From a virus (taxonomy: Duplodnaviria; Caudoviricetes): a stretch of 60,989 bases of DNA. The notes beneath the pieces were generated by a model, which saw only the letters and a list, made by a program, of their open reading frames with translations, was not told the origin of the DNA and ran no database searches. Position numbers and translations under genes: made by a program. The stretch's first letter is position 1. Each line of letters opens with the position of its first letter. The stretch covers positions 1-60,989 of IMG/VR virus record IMGVR_UViG_3300033153_004031; one strand, given 5' to 3'. Shown here in pieces: positions 9,334-19,640 of this stretch.

Positions 9334-10215
9334 ATGCCACCAAAATGGTTTAAATGCCCCGATGGGCAACACGTCGAAATTAAAGCCTGTTTAAAACCAA
9401 TGGGGTGCATCATAGGAAAACGGTGTGCCCCATTGCCATATCTACAAATGGTCGGCCATGAGCGGCCTTACAACGGCGTTACGGCGTCAATGAGCGGTAA
9501 TGGGCCTCGTTATATCTACCTAACCACAACAGTACCTTACACGGTAGACCCTGCCGAGTCCGCCTATGCGTTTATGGGAAACCTATCCCATCTAAAGGCG
9601 GCACAACACGACGATAACGTGATTGCAGAGGAAAATGTGGGCGTTGGCACACTTGACCTGCTCAGTGAAGACGAAACTAATCCCGGGCACTATCTGGTCG
9701 AAGATTATAAAACCTATGGCAGCTACCGCGCTGCCAAAGTCTTGGGTATCGTATGCGACGAGAAGCCGGTTATTGGTGACGATGGCAAGCCCGTATTGCT
9801 AAAATCCGGGAAGAATAAGGGAAAACCAAAGATTGAAAAGGTCTTCCGGCGCGATCCGGCCAGCGCTGATGTTTACGGGGAACAGCTGCAACTATCACGA
9901 TATGCCATAGAGGCCGAGAAAAGGGGCTTCCCGATCTCCCGCCTTATGCTTTTTATTGTCCCGCGTGATGGCGGCACTTTTGTATCCCAAACACGTGGCA
10001 TCACTGAAAAAATCTATTACATCGAAATTCCCCGTATTTCCAATCAAGAGGTGTGTCATTACTATGACACGCTTCAGGCCGAAATTGATAATGCCTTTGA
10101 CACCGGGTATGCCCGGATTTGTAACCCTTGGGAATCTTGGGATTATAGGAGATGCAAGGGGTATTGCCCCGTGTCAAAAGAGTGTGGGGCTATGACTGAA
10201 AAGAGGGGGAAATAA
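9334..10215 (+). CDS. PD-(D/E)xK nuclease, Cas4/RecB-like with Cys ligands
   Basis: GTLDLL...VEDYKT...QLQLSRY motifs; C-terminal C...RCKGYCPVSKEC cluster. Confidence 0.8.
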   Translation: MPPKWFKCPDGQHVEIKACLKPMGCIIGKRCAPLPYLQMVGHERPYNGVTASMSGNGPRYIYLTTTVPYTVDPAESAYAFMGNLSHLKAAQHDDNVIAEENVGVGTLDLLSEDETNPGHYLVEDYKTYGSYRAAKVLGIVCDEKPVIGDDGKPVLLKSGKNKGKPKIEKVFRRDPASADVYGEQLQLSRYAIEAEKRGFPISRLMLFIVPRDGGTFVSQTRGITEKIYYIEIPRISNQEVCHYYDTLQAEIDNAFDTGYARICNPWESWDYRRCKGYCPVSKECGAMTEKRGK

Positions 10216-10260
10216 TTTTAATCGCCATGAAAGGGGTTGGAAGCCCCGTGGAGGGTAAAA

Positions 10261-11226
10261 ATGACGAATGAAACAGCAGTCGTTGTTCGTGATGTGAATT
10301 TTGAAGAACACGCCATGACGCCGGAGCGTATCCGCAGCCAGGTAAATCTGATTCAAGAGGTCATGCGCGGCGTCATGAAGGAAGGGGAGCATTACGGTGT
10401 TATCCCTGGATGTGGGAACAAACCTAGCCTCTTAAAATCTGGTGCCGAAAAATTATCGACAACATTTCGGCTTGCTCCATCCTACAATATCGAAAAAACA
10501 GATTTACCAAATGGACACCGAGAATACGAGGTTATTTGCACGCTAACCCATATCAATTCCGGGGTCGAAGTCGGTCAGGGTGTTGGTTCTTGCACCACAA
10601 TGGAAAGTAAATACCGCTACCGAAAAGGTGAGCAGAAATGCCCAAAATGCGGGAAAGAAGCAATTATTAAAGGCAAGAAAGAATACGGTGGCGGCTGGTT
10701 GTGTTACCAAAAAAAGGGTGGGTGTGGAGCCAAATTTCAAGACGGTGATCCTGCCATTGAAAACCAAAATATGGGTCGGATTGAGCACGACAACCCCGCT
10801 GACTATTTCAACACAGTTTTTAAGATGGCTAAAAAAAGGGCGTATGTTGACGCCGTTATAACATCGACAGCCGCGAGTGATTTTTTTACTCAAGATATTG
10901 AGGACATGGCAGAAGTTATTGCGCCTAACAACTCGCCCCCCGCGCCTTCCGGGTCCACCTCCTACCCGGATAATAACACTCCACCCCCAGCGGGGGGCAT
11001 CCCTTCCAAGGCGGCAACGGCAGCACAAGCGAAAAAAATATACGCCACCGGTGCCGCGAAGGGAGCAAGTAAAGAACTCGTTACCGAAATGTGCCGCTGG
11101 TATCGGAAGGGGGATAAAATGACCAAAGAGGAAGCATCTTATATTATTGAAAATTTCGATGATGTGATGAAACGGTACATGGACGACGAGCTGGGGCCGG
11201 AAGATGAGCCTGACGAAGCCGCCTAA
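10261..11226 (+). CDS. Putative single-strand annealing recombinase (Rad52/Redbeta-like) with Zn-ribbon insert
   Basis: HYGVIPG...KPSLLKSGAEKL...NTVFKMAKKRAYVDAV...FTQDIED; directly follows the nuclease. Confidence 0.65.
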   Translation: MTNETAVVVRDVNFEEHAMTPERIRSQVNLIQEVMRGVMKEGEHYGVIPGCGNKPSLLKSGAEKLSTTFRLAPSYNIEKTDLPNGHREYEVICTLTHINSGVEVGQGVGSCTTMESKYRYRKGEQKCPKCGKEAIIKGKKEYGGGWLCYQKKGGCGAKFQDGDPAIENQNMGRIEHDNPADYFNTVFKMAKKRAYVDAVITSTAASDFFTQDIEDMAEVIAPNNSPPAPSGSTSYPDNNTPPPAGGIPSKAATAAQAKKIYATGAAKGASKELVTEMCRWYRKGDKMTKEEASYIIENFDDVMKRYMDDELGPEDEPDEAA

Positions 11227-11533
11227 AATAATTCGGTGCGCCGATTGCGGTTGTGCCGTTGTAAAAACCAGCCGGCAGTGCCGTTGTGCGGAGTGCCAAA
11301 AGAAACACAATTATATCAAACGGCAACAATGGGCGCGGGAATTACGGACGGAGTATAAGGATAGTAATTACGAACACTTGACAGAATATCGTATTGGAGA
11401 GGTCGCCGCCGCATACGGACACGCGTACACATGGGCGCAGAGTGCGGAGATGGGCGGTTTGCGAAAACTTGAACGTAACCCAATCATGGCCGCGCTTTAC
11501 CTTGAGCGCGTAGACCCGGATTTTTATTTTTAA
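11204..11533 (+). CDS. Zn-finger protein
   Basis: CADCG...RCAECQ; overlaps upstream gene. Confidence 0.6.
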   Translation: MSLTKPPKIIRCADCGCAVVKTSRQCRCAECQKKHNYIKRQQWARELRTEYKDSNYEHLTEYRIGEVAAAYGHAYTWAQSAEMGGLRKLERNPIMAALYLERVDPDFYF

Positions 11534-11683
11534 AAGACCGCGATGATGAACCCGCATTAAATAACACGGCCAAGGGAGGGGCCGGGTGTTGGTTCGGAAG
11601 GAAGTGGAGACCGTGTCAAAAGGGAAAGACAGAACCAGGGGCTAGCGGTCGGCCCCTGGGGATGTCGGCAAAAAGGGGGTAGA

Positions 11684-11938
11684 ATGAGTTCAAGAGATTT
11701 AAAAAACACATGGGCTTGGGAATGTCCGGCGCATCAGTGTAAGATGCTGACCGACGCGACGTGCAAGAGGAGGCGGGCTCGGATTTTAGAATATCTATCC
11801 GGCAAGGTGGGCGAAAACAGTATGCACCCGTTTTATGATCTCCGTGACCCATGGTTGTGTGTGGGGTGCCAACACTGGGAAGGCCCTGTTGTTTTACCGG
11901 CGGAAAGCGAACCAGCGTATGAGAGCATCGGAGCGTAA
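11684..11938 (+). CDS. Small Cys-containing protein
   Basis: GGGGGT RBS; stop abuts Prim-Pol ATG. Confidence 0.6.
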   Translation: MSSRDLKNTWAWECPAHQCKMLTDATCKRRRARILEYLSGKVGENSMHPFYDLRDPWLCVGCQHWEGPVVLPAESEPAYESIGA

Positions 11939-13801
11939 ATGCCGAGTCCCACAAATGTACTCTATCGGACAGCACTTGCATATCGGCGATTGGGGATGTC
12001 TGTGATACCGTGTAAAAAAGATAAGAAACCCCTGGTTAGCTGGGCCGAGTACCAAGGCCGACATCCATCCGAGGATGAGATACGGCAATGGTGGGATAAA
12101 TGGCCCACTGCCAATATCGCCATCGTTGCGGGGAAAATCAGCGGTGTGGATGTCATCGACTGTGACGACCAGGATGCATATAACCTGCTCAACGACACCT
12201 ACCTGCCGGACGATTTTATCACCCCGGTCGCAAAGACGCCGAGAGGCTACCATGTTTATTTTGCCCACAAAACTGGCTTGTCCAATGCCGTGAGGGTCAT
12301 CCCTGGCACCGACCTCCGCACGACCGGTGGTTATGCGATAGCGCCGCCGAGCCAAAACGGAGGCGGCGCGTCCTACGCATGGGTGGATGGGTTAGCATTG
12401 GGTAAAGTTGCATTGGCACCCATGCCGGATATTCTCTATGATACTCTAGAGCAATATATATATAATAATATTAATAATAATATTATTAGCATTGGGTCTA
12501 GTAGCTACTATCAACGTAGTACAGATAATCCACAAAGTACAGATAACCATCCTAGTCCCTTCTGCAATTCTAGTACCAAGATGGATACTATACGCGCGCG
12601 CGCGGCTAGTGTCGGGGAAAATGTTGACAAAGTGTTGACACGAAGTTACCAAAAGTTGACGGGGGGCGAGAAATGTTACCATGATGTTGACACGGCCCAA
12701 AATGTCAACAAATGTCAACAATTATTCCAAAAGGGGAGCCGCGACGACGACCTTTTCCACCTTGCCAACTGCCTTGTAAAAGGCGGATACGAGCCCGATA
12801 AACTACAAACGGTGTTGCAAATTATCGCCCACAATTGCACACCACCCTATCCCGAAAAAGACATCCGCGTAAAAATCCTGTCCGCCATAAAACGACAAGA
12901 GGCTAGGGATAAGACCCTTGCAACCGAGGTTAGGGATTGGATTGACTCCGGCAATGGCACGTTTACAAATACAGACATATACCAGGATTTAAAAATCACA
13001 GGCCGTGTAGAGCGCCAGAACCTTTCTAAAATCCTCAAGCGCTTGGCGGATGACGGATTGATTGAGAGAGACGGCAAAAAGTACGGTAAATGGCGCATTA
13101 TTGACCGGTCTGTGATGGAACAATGCTGGTGGGAAGACGACGGCCAACCGTTGCCGCTAAAATTCCCCTTGGGTGTCGAAATGTTCGTGCGGATTTTTCC
13201 GGGGAATTTAATCCTCCTGGAGGGTCAAAAATCGCAGGGAAAGTCAGCCTACGCCTTAGAGTTTTGCCGGTTGAACCACGAGTTGTTCGGCGGTAAGGCG
13301 CTGTACCAGAACGTAGAGATGTCCAATAGCGAGCTAGTCCAGCGTTTCCTTTCGTATCAGCAAGAGGACATGATGTCGCTGGATGATTGGCGCAATGCGA
13401 TTACGGTTATCCGGCAGACGGGCGATTGGTGGGACAAAATCGAGCCGGACGGGTTGAATGTGGTTGATTACCTTGTGGAGTACGAAAAGGCGTACATGAT
13501 TGCGGAGTTTGTCTGGAAAATACACCAAGCGCTAAAAAACGGTATCGCATTGGTGACGGTTCAGCGAGACCCGTACAAACCTTATCCTGTCGGCGGGCGG
13601 GGCGTTCGGGATATTCCCCGGCTGGTGTTGAGCCTGATGAAGCACCGGCTGCGGATTGAAGACGCAAAGAGTTTTGATACAACCTACGGAAACCCGAGCG
13701 GTTTGGTGCGAAAATATAAACAAGCATCATGGTGGAAATTCGTTCCCGTGGGTACGTGGCAGTATGCGGAGGAGGAAAAATATGCCGCTTTCAAAGGCTA
13801 A
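11939..13801 (+). CDS. Bifunctional primase-polymerase with PriCT, winged helix and RecA/KaiC-like ATPase domains
   Basis: SVIPCKKDKKPL...NIAIVAG...VIDCD...TPRGYHVYF...DLRTTGGYAIAPPS (Prim-Pol); GSRDDDLFHLA (PriCT); GQKSQGKS Walker A, VVDYL Walker B. Confidence 0.9.
   Translation: MPSPTNVLYRTALAYRRLGMSVIPCKKDKKPLVSWAEYQGRHPSEDEIRQWWDKWPTANIAIVAGKISGVDVIDCDDQDAYNLLNDTYLPDDFITPVAKTPRGYHVYFAHKTGLSNAVRVIPGTDLRTTGGYAIAPPSQNGGGASYAWVDGLALGKVALAPMPDILYDTLEQYIYNNINNNIISIGSSSYYQRSTDNPQSTDNHPSPFCNSSTKMDTIRARAASVGENVDKVLTRSYQKLTGGEKCYHDVDTAQNVNKCQQLFQKGSRDDDLFHLANCLVKGGYEPDKLQTVLQIIAHNCTPPYPEKDIRVKILSAIKRQEARDKTLATEVRDWIDSGNGTFTNTDIYQDLKITGRVERQNLSKILKRLADDGLIERDGKKYGKWRIIDRSVMEQCWWEDDGQPLPLKFPLGVEMFVRIFPGNLILLEGQKSQGKSAYALEFCRLNHELFGGKALYQNVEMSNSELVQRFLSYQQEDMMSLDDWRNAITVIRQTGDWWDKIEPDGLNVVDYLVEYEKAYMIAEFVWKIHQALKNGIALVTVQRDPYKPYPVGGRGVRDIPRLVLSLMKHRLRIEDAKSFDTTYGNPSGLVRKYKQASWWKFVPVGTWQYAEEEKYAAFKG
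12453..12720. other. Candidate replication origin inside the Prim-Pol linker
   Basis: AT-rich tract ~12453-12488; AGTACAGATAA twice; TGTTGACA at 12622, 12633, 12685 and its inverse TGTCAACA at 12703, 12713. Confidence 0.7.
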
Positions 13802-14024
13802 GGATATTCAATTTGATTTTGACGAGATGAAGTGGCGCGGGATCACAATAGACCAGGTGAAGTTTTGGGAAGACGCCTACCCGAACGTGGACGTGGTGGG
13901 TGTCCTGACCAAAAAGATGCCCGCGTGGATGGACGCAAACCCCCACAAGGCCCGTAAAAAGAATTACAAGCGGTTTATCGTGAATTGGTTGTCGAGGGAA
14001 CATGACAGAAAAAACAACAAATAA
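13782..14024 (+). CDS. Small protein resembling the C-terminal domain of phage replication initiators
   Basis: YPNVDV...KMPAWMDANP...RFIVNWLSRE; GGAGG RBS supports start 13782. Confidence 0.65.
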   Translation: MPLSKAKDIQFDFDEMKWRGITIDQVKFWEDAYPNVDVVGVLTKKMPAWMDANPHKARKKNYKRFIVNWLSREHDRKNNK

Positions 14025-14044
14025 TGAAGGGAGAAAGCGATTAA

Positions 14045-14341
14045 ATGGAACCGATTTTTATCTTGAACCCAGAAAGCGAATACAACGATGGGGTAATGTT
14101 GGAATATCGTAACGGTGAATATTCATTGGTCAAAGCGCGACGCGGGGCGGGGGGAACGGCTTATATGGATTGGTGCTACCCGCAGGGTAAGGACCGTATG
14201 CCGGGAACAAAGGCGATTCCATGGAAGATTCCTCTGGGGAACAAGGAAACCGCACTGGAGATTTTAAGCCAGATAGCAAAAGCCCTGCGAGGTGAGGATG
14301 TTGAGACACCTCTGCCGGTTCAGGGCGACGTGCCGTTTTAG
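14045..14341 (+). CDS. Putative ssDNA-binding protein
   Basis: C-terminal DVPF tail as in SSBs; located in replication cluster. Confidence 0.55.
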   Translation: MEPIFILNPESEYNDGVMLEYRNGEYSLVKARRGAGGTAYMDWCYPQGKDRMPGTKAIPWKIPLGNKETALEILSQIAKALRGEDVETPLPVQGDVPF

Positions 14342-14349
14342 GAGGAGTC

Positions 14350-15141
14350 GTGAAAAGGAAAACCGCCTATAAAGTGTTGGATACCGTCATGACCAGCCCG
14401 TTTAAAAAATTTAAATATGAAATTGGATATGAGTATCACTGTGAAGATTTCGACGAAGATAAAAATAAAGATTGCGGCAGGGGGTTGTATGCTACCAATA
14501 TCGACGGTCTATTGTACTCATTTAACATCTATCGACGAGTCTTTCTTTGCGAGGTTTGGGGCAAAGCTGTTGAAATAGGCCGATACAAACGGAGGTATGA
14601 ATATCTAAGGTTGATCGAGGAAGTTCCACACAGTGAAATCAAGCGCCTTGCAACTCTAAAGGAACCGGAGGTTGGTTTTAAGTTGGCCGAGGCCCTTTTT
14701 CCGGTAAACCCATTACTATTGCCGAAAAATAAACCAAACAAAAAAGATATTGAGAATATGAAGCGGTGGGTTGGCGTGTGGTACAGGGCGTGGAATAGTG
14801 TGGCGGATAGTGTGAAGGACAATATGGGAGTCGATACGTGGGATAGCGTGGGGCGTAATTTTTATTGTAATATGAGGTGTGGGGAATACGGGGGGGCTTG
14901 GGGGGGCCTCTTGCGTAGGGATAGTGTGTGGGATGGGGTGAGAGCATATATTTCGTCTTTGTTTCCAAATATAAAAAAATGGAAATATATTAACCACGAA
15001 GAGGGCAAAAACCCGTTCCAGCCGTGTATTGATCTTTGGCACAGAGGGTTTGTACTAAGTTATTCACCGACTTATGACGGTTATAGGTGGAGATTACACT
15101 CGGGAAAAAACGCGGATATCGTATATGAACGGAAACCATAA
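14350..15141 (+). CDS. Phage protein with degenerate W-D/N-S-V repeats
   Basis: AYK...FKYEIG...CGRGL N-terminus; AWNSVADSV, TWDSVG, DSVWDGV. Confidence 0.75.
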   Translation: MKRKTAYKVLDTVMTSPFKKFKYEIGYEYHCEDFDEDKNKDCGRGLYATNIDGLLYSFNIYRRVFLCEVWGKAVEIGRYKRRYEYLRLIEEVPHSEIKRLATLKEPEVGFKLAEALFPVNPLLLPKNKPNKKDIENMKRWVGVWYRAWNSVADSVKDNMGVDTWDSVGRNFYCNMRCGEYGGAWGGLLRRDSVWDGVRAYISSLFPNIKKWKYINHEEGKNPFQPCIDLWHRGFVLSYSPTYDGYRWRLHSGKNADIVYERKP

Positions 15142-15143
15142 CA

Positions 15144-15449
15144 ATGAACTGCTTATACTGCCAAAAGGAATTAAAACCCAAAGAAGGGGAATCCCCGAGC
15201 AAGTTTAGGGCGCGGGCGTACTGCGACAATACATGCTACCGGGAGCATATACGCCAGTACGGGGGGTGGTCTACATGGGCCGAGTTGGAGTTTTTGAAAT
15301 CAATCGGGAAACATTCGACCCTTAAGGTGCCCAAGCGGGATTTGTTAAAGGGGTATCTGGAGGGCGCTAAAAAGAGGGTGGAATGGGGAGCTATTAGCGA
15401 GCCGATTGTTGTCCAGAGGGTGAAGGAGATGCTGGGGGCGGAGATATGA
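15144..15449 (+). CDS. Zn-finger protein
   Basis: CLYC...YCDNTC. Confidence 0.65.
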   Translation: MNCLYCQKELKPKEGESPSKFRARAYCDNTCYREHIRQYGGWSTWAELEFLKSIGKHSTLKVPKRDLLKGYLEGAKKRVEWGAISEPIVVQRVKEMLGAEI

Positions 15450-15958
15450 AAATGGAACACATGGTGTTTTTCGAGAATGGCTTTGATTGTATTTTGTTCG
15501 AGTGCGTACATGGCAACAAAAACTGTAAGCCAAATTCCTGGGGGTCGCATGGGCGGCAGGGCTTGCAAATTCGCTTCGTGTCAAAGGGAGACCTTGGGGC
15601 TGTGCAGTTTGTTATTTATACCGGGTGGGCTCCACAATATGTTGCGCCGTTCGATATTGGTTGCCGTCGTTGCGATTGGGGTAGCACACCTCCTATACCA
15701 GTAGACTTGGGTTACCATTCTAAAACTCCAATATATGAGGGGGACGAGCCAATTTCAGAGTCTTGTAATTTTTTGGACGGTGCGCCGTGTTATTATGACG
15801 GTAGCATCCTAAACGCAGGCGACGCCATGTATGCACTGGTAAATGGTGGAGATGAGGCACTATGGGCGTTTCTTGATGCCTATTACGAATCGGTTTTTAA
15901 CGACGCTCCCTATCCCCAACCCGCAGAGTTTAAGATGCCTCTGAGAAAGATGGGGTAA
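15446..15958 (+). CDS. Hypothetical protein
   Basis: 170 aa; ATGA overlap; DLGYHS...PCYYDGS. Confidence 0.75.
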   Translation: MKMEHMVFFENGFDCILFECVHGNKNCKPNSWGSHGRQGLQIRFVSKGDLGAVQFVIYTGWAPQYVAPFDIGCRRCDWGSTPPIPVDLGYHSKTPIYEGDEPISESCNFLDGAPCYYDGSILNAGDAMYALVNGGDEALWAFLDAYYESVFNDAPYPQPAEFKMPLRKMG

Positions 15959-16290
15959 TGGCAAATAAATCTAATTGGAAGGGGCGGGAGAGACAAGTGG
16001 CAAGTTTTTTTGGGTGCAAACGCGTTCCCCTTTCAGGTAGTAATTCGGGACACAACACCAGTTCGGACACGCTCCATAAATTACTATATATCGAAGTTAA
16101 GACAAGAGTTAAGTGGGCGATATTAAATCTATATTTTAAGATTCTGCCAAAGGCCATATCAGAGGACAAGGTTCCTGTAATTGCTATATGTAAAAAACAT
16201 AGCAAGGGGTTCTGGTTGTTAGTAAACGCAAACGATTTACTAACTATTGCTAAGGCCAGGGAAGAAGCAATCAAAAATGGGGCTGAGTAA
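15958..16290 (+). CDS. Holliday junction resolvase-like (Hjc-type) nuclease
   Basis: WKGRERQVA...RVPLSGS...SD...YIEVK. Confidence 0.8.
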   Translation: MANKSNWKGRERQVASFFGCKRVPLSGSNSGHNTSSDTLHKLLYIEVKTRVKWAILNLYFKILPKAISEDKVPVIAICKKHSKGFWLLVNANDLLTIAKAREEAIKNGAE

Positions 16291-16591
16291 TACTTACCAC
16301 GAGTTAATATGTGAGTCATGCGGGAAAACGCATTATAGTAAGACCACGCGTAAACAGCGGTGCGACGAGTGTAACCCCCGTGCTGTTCGCCGCCGTCGGG
16401 CTAGCAGGGAGAACATCCGATCCCGTGGTTGGGACGACCACTGCTATACACAGAGGGACGTGGCGGAGTTTTTCGGGATTTCAACACAACGGGTAAACCA
16501 AATAGAAAAGGCGGCGATAGCGAAGCTGCGAAAAAACCCATTGCTTAGGTGCCTTTGGCTTGAGCGTCAAATATCGGATTTTTATTTTTAA
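16277..16591 (+). CDS. Zn-finger plus sigma-70 region 4 HTH protein (possible transcription regulator)
   Basis: CESCG...RCDEC; [29 protein letters not shown]. Confidence 0.75.
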   Translation: MGLSNTYHELICESCGKTHYSKTTRKQRCDECNPRAVRRRRASRENIRSRGWDDHCYTQRDVAEFFGISTQRVNQIEKAAIAKLRKNPLLRCLWLERQISDFYF

Positions 16592-16599
16592 GGGGAAAC

Positions 16600-16842
16600 A
16601 TGAAATACACCGAAGCCGAGCATGCGAAAATTTTACTACGGATGCTGGAGGAACCAAACCCGTGCGATCTCTGTCCGGTGGCCTTTACGATACTTCGTGT
16701 AACAAAAGATGGATGTTGTAGAATATGTCTTAGTTTTGTTGGGATTTTGGAACATACTCTCCAATGCCCGTGTGGGTATTTTGGAGAGCATGAAGCAATC
16801 AAGCGCACCTGGCTGGCGCTGGAAGAAAAGGGATATATTTAA
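16600..16842 (+). CDS. Small Cys-rich protein
   Basis: CDLCP...CCRIC...CPC; AAGGGG RBS. Confidence 0.65.
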   Translation: MKYTEAEHAKILLRMLEEPNPCDLCPVAFTILRVTKDGCCRICLSFVGILEHTLQCPCGYFGEHEAIKRTWLALEEKGYI

Positions 16843-17005
16843 TGTCTTGGGAAGATGATGGGTATTACTGTCGTGAAGCCCTATACGAAATCGCCATGGG
16901 GTCTGAGGAGCCTACCAAGAGCCGTATGCTGCGGTTATTGGCATCGTATAGGTATCGGAAGAATCATCTGATCTGGGAGCAAAAGAGCCGGAAGGAGAAG
17001 GAAAA

Positions 17006-17365
17006 ATGATAATTATTGGGGTATGCCTTGTGTTTATCGTTGCGGGGATTCTCTCGGCTTAGTGGCGTGGCTGGGATAGCGTTCTTGCCGCAATTCTTCT
17101 GGCAGTTGGTAGTGTTTTGGCCTTTGCCGTTGTTGTTACCATTTTGTCCGTACAACTTACCGTTCGTGGGGATATTGTGGGTTTTAAGGAAACTAAAGCT
17201 ACCGTTGAACGGGCGAGGGAAACGGGGAGTTGGATAGAACGGGCCGCACTACAACAGGAGGTAATACGGGCAAATACGTGGTTGGCAAGGGTGAAATACT
17301 GGAATAAAACAGTATTTGACTTGTGGATACCCGATGCTGTGGATGATTTGGAGCCGATACGGTAA
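17006..17365 (+). pseudogene. Membrane protein gene with in-frame TAG (pseudogene or readthrough)
   Basis: ATG 17006 overlaps prior stop; MIIIGVCLVFIVAGILSA-TAG(17060-17062)-WRGWDSVLAAILLAVG... in frame with ORF 17117-17365. Confidence 0.7.
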
Positions 17366-17672
17366 ATTAAATATGAATAAATGGGCTAAAAGTGTGATAG
17401 ACAGATACACTGAATTGCAACGCAGTAAGTCGGTTATGGTGCGCGTGTTTTTGAAAGATGCGTATAATTATGCCTTATCAATCAAGGCAAGGGAGCAAGA
17501 GCTGTATGACGGTATCGACCGGGCAGAACCCTTCTTTTTTCACACACTGCTATACAATGCTCGTCAAGAGGTCCCTCAAAGAGCGGTTGTTTAGCCTACC
17601 GTGGAGACCGAGACAAAAATTTAAAAGAGTCTTAAAAGGATAATTGTTGGGCCGACAGGTGGGGGGATTGAC

Positions 17673-18056
17673 GTGAAACTCAATAGAAGACAATTTTTAA
17701 AAGTACTAGGAATAACATCTATTGCTGCTTTTGTTGATCCCTTAAAAGCACTTGAGGGGGTGGCAAGGGGAACATATAATTTTACTCCGGGAGATTATCT
17801 TCGTAATGCTATCTTTATAAAAAAACCAGCAAGTTCTTGGACAGAGAAGGAAAGATGTAATTTTGTGTCTATATTAGATGATTGGTTGAGAAAAAAAGTT
17901 CATCCTGATTATTTAGATTTCAACAAAGTGGAGTATCTTTTTAGCGATCTCGTTTGGGGAATGAAGGGAGGGGTGGCAATTGGTTATCATGTACCAGAGG
18001 AACCCATAATTAGAAGAATCAGACCTATAAATAGATCGGGACTAAAAGTAAAGTGA
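17673..18056 (+). CDS. Protein with twin-arginine-like signal
   Basis: MKLNRRQFLKVLGITSIAAFV. Confidence 0.7.
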   Translation: MKLNRRQFLKVLGITSIAAFVDPLKALEGVARGTYNFTPGDYLRNAIFIKKPASSWTEKERCNFVSILDDWLRKKVHPDYLDFNKVEYLFSDLVWGMKGGVAIGYHVPEEPIIRRIRPINRSGLKVK

Positions 18057-18241
18057 AACCTCGCATCCCCAAATCCACCCGCCCACTGAAGATAATTGAG
18101 CCCAAAAAGGGCGGGCGATACAAGCGCCGTGCGTGGAGACCATCTAACGACTGCGAAGATGACCACGAGTATTATAAAATCGTGATGCAACGGGTAACTT
18201 GCCCGATTTGTGGGAAAACATTTTACAGGTAGGGGGAAGCC

Positions 18242-18589
18242 ATGAACACACCATCAATTAGGCCGTATTATTATTACGAGTACGACAACCAAAGGAGACC
18301 CAAAGTCACCGTGTGTTTGTTGTGTAACGGAGACCCGGAGCCTGTGCCGATTTCGCGCGGTATCGCGATATGCTCCGATTTGGACATGCCCAGGAAAAAA
18401 ACAGGCCGGCAGATCGCGCTGGGGCGTGCCGTATCCGCCGCTAAGAGGCGCGAAACGGGAGACCAGATGATTCGGTACGAGGCGTGGGTGAGCGGGGCGC
18501 ACTTTATCAGTGAATACAAGCGGGAGTTCCAGCCCAAGTTGACCGACAAAGAGCGGGCGATTCTGTACGGGTGGAAGGAGGCGGCGTGA
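18242..18589 (+). CDS. Phage protein of unknown function
   Basis: RGIAICSDLD...KKTGRQIALGRA motif. Confidence 0.75.
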   Translation: MNTPSIRPYYYYEYDNQRRPKVTVCLLCNGDPEPVPISRGIAICSDLDMPRKKTGRQIALGRAVSAAKRRETGDQMIRYEAWVSGAHFISEYKREFQPKLTDKERAILYGWKEAA

Positions 18590-19640
18590 CCAAGAAGAAG
18601 GAGAAGCCAATCACTTTGAATTTTTATACTGACCATATTGATTTTAGCGGCAATATCGACAATGTGGATATTGAGAACCCATACCACTTACTTGCGCTAG
18701 CTATTTTTCTTTGTTTGAGGGACGGAAACGACGATTTCTTTGACGTAATATTTAAAATCATAGATGATTTTGGAGCGTCTGAATGAAGCGTGGTTATATC
18801 AGGAAGAAGGGAAGATGAAAGAATATCACAGTTTTATAGAGGGGGTAAAAAAAGACGCGAACCGAGTTGAACCTGTTTTAAATCACTTGCGTCAAATTAT
18901 TTACAACTATCCGCCAAATAAATACCCAGAGCCGATACCATCTTCATTTCAAGTAACTAATAAGCCATACCTAAGTGGCATTGAGTGGTTTTTTCTTTGG
19001 GGTGGGCGCCCCATTGTGATTTCTGTTTTTCAAGCCGACCCTGAATGGGTTGTGGACCACATATCTTTTGAACCCGACGACGAGGGGAAAATTCTATCCC
19101 AAACATGGCCTAATGGTTTTAAGGAATGGTTGATTTGTACTAGACCGGGAGGAAGGAGTTGTGAGTAAGTTTAATAATTTAATTGAAATATGGCCGGATA
19201 TTGAGACCATGCCAAAAGGCGGCAAGAAATGAAATTAAATATACCGAGTAGCGAATACCCCTTTTTTAAAAGTGTTCTTTCTGAGGGTGTGGATTATATT
19301 CGGAATCTTCATTGGGGCCATCTCACCAAAGAAGAGCAGGAAATGATCGGAAAAATTACTGCGTTGATATGGCTACCCGAACATTGTGAATATATTGCAA
19401 GTGAGGGGGGTAAGATGATATTCAAAGTTAAAAGAGACGCAGAAAAAAGGGGGGATGTTGTGGAACTGTATTTAAAACGGGGTAATGAGAAGGGCACTGT
19501 AGTATTGTGCTGTAAAAACCCTGGGGGGGGTGAGCAATGTTTAATGGAATTCAGAGACGGGGCATTTGTGCGTTGTCGCTTTGTCAGTATAGATGGTATT
19601 AAAAAAGATGAGGAGTGTAGGATTATCGAGGATTACTAAG

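Noticed and set aside
9334-10215. Cas4 as part of a CRISPR system
   Set aside because: No array or other cas genes; its position beside an annealing protein fits a phage recombination nuclease.
14350-15141. Diversity-generating retroelement target
   Set aside because: No reverse transcriptase recognised and no template/variable repeat pair seen; the repeats are protein-level.
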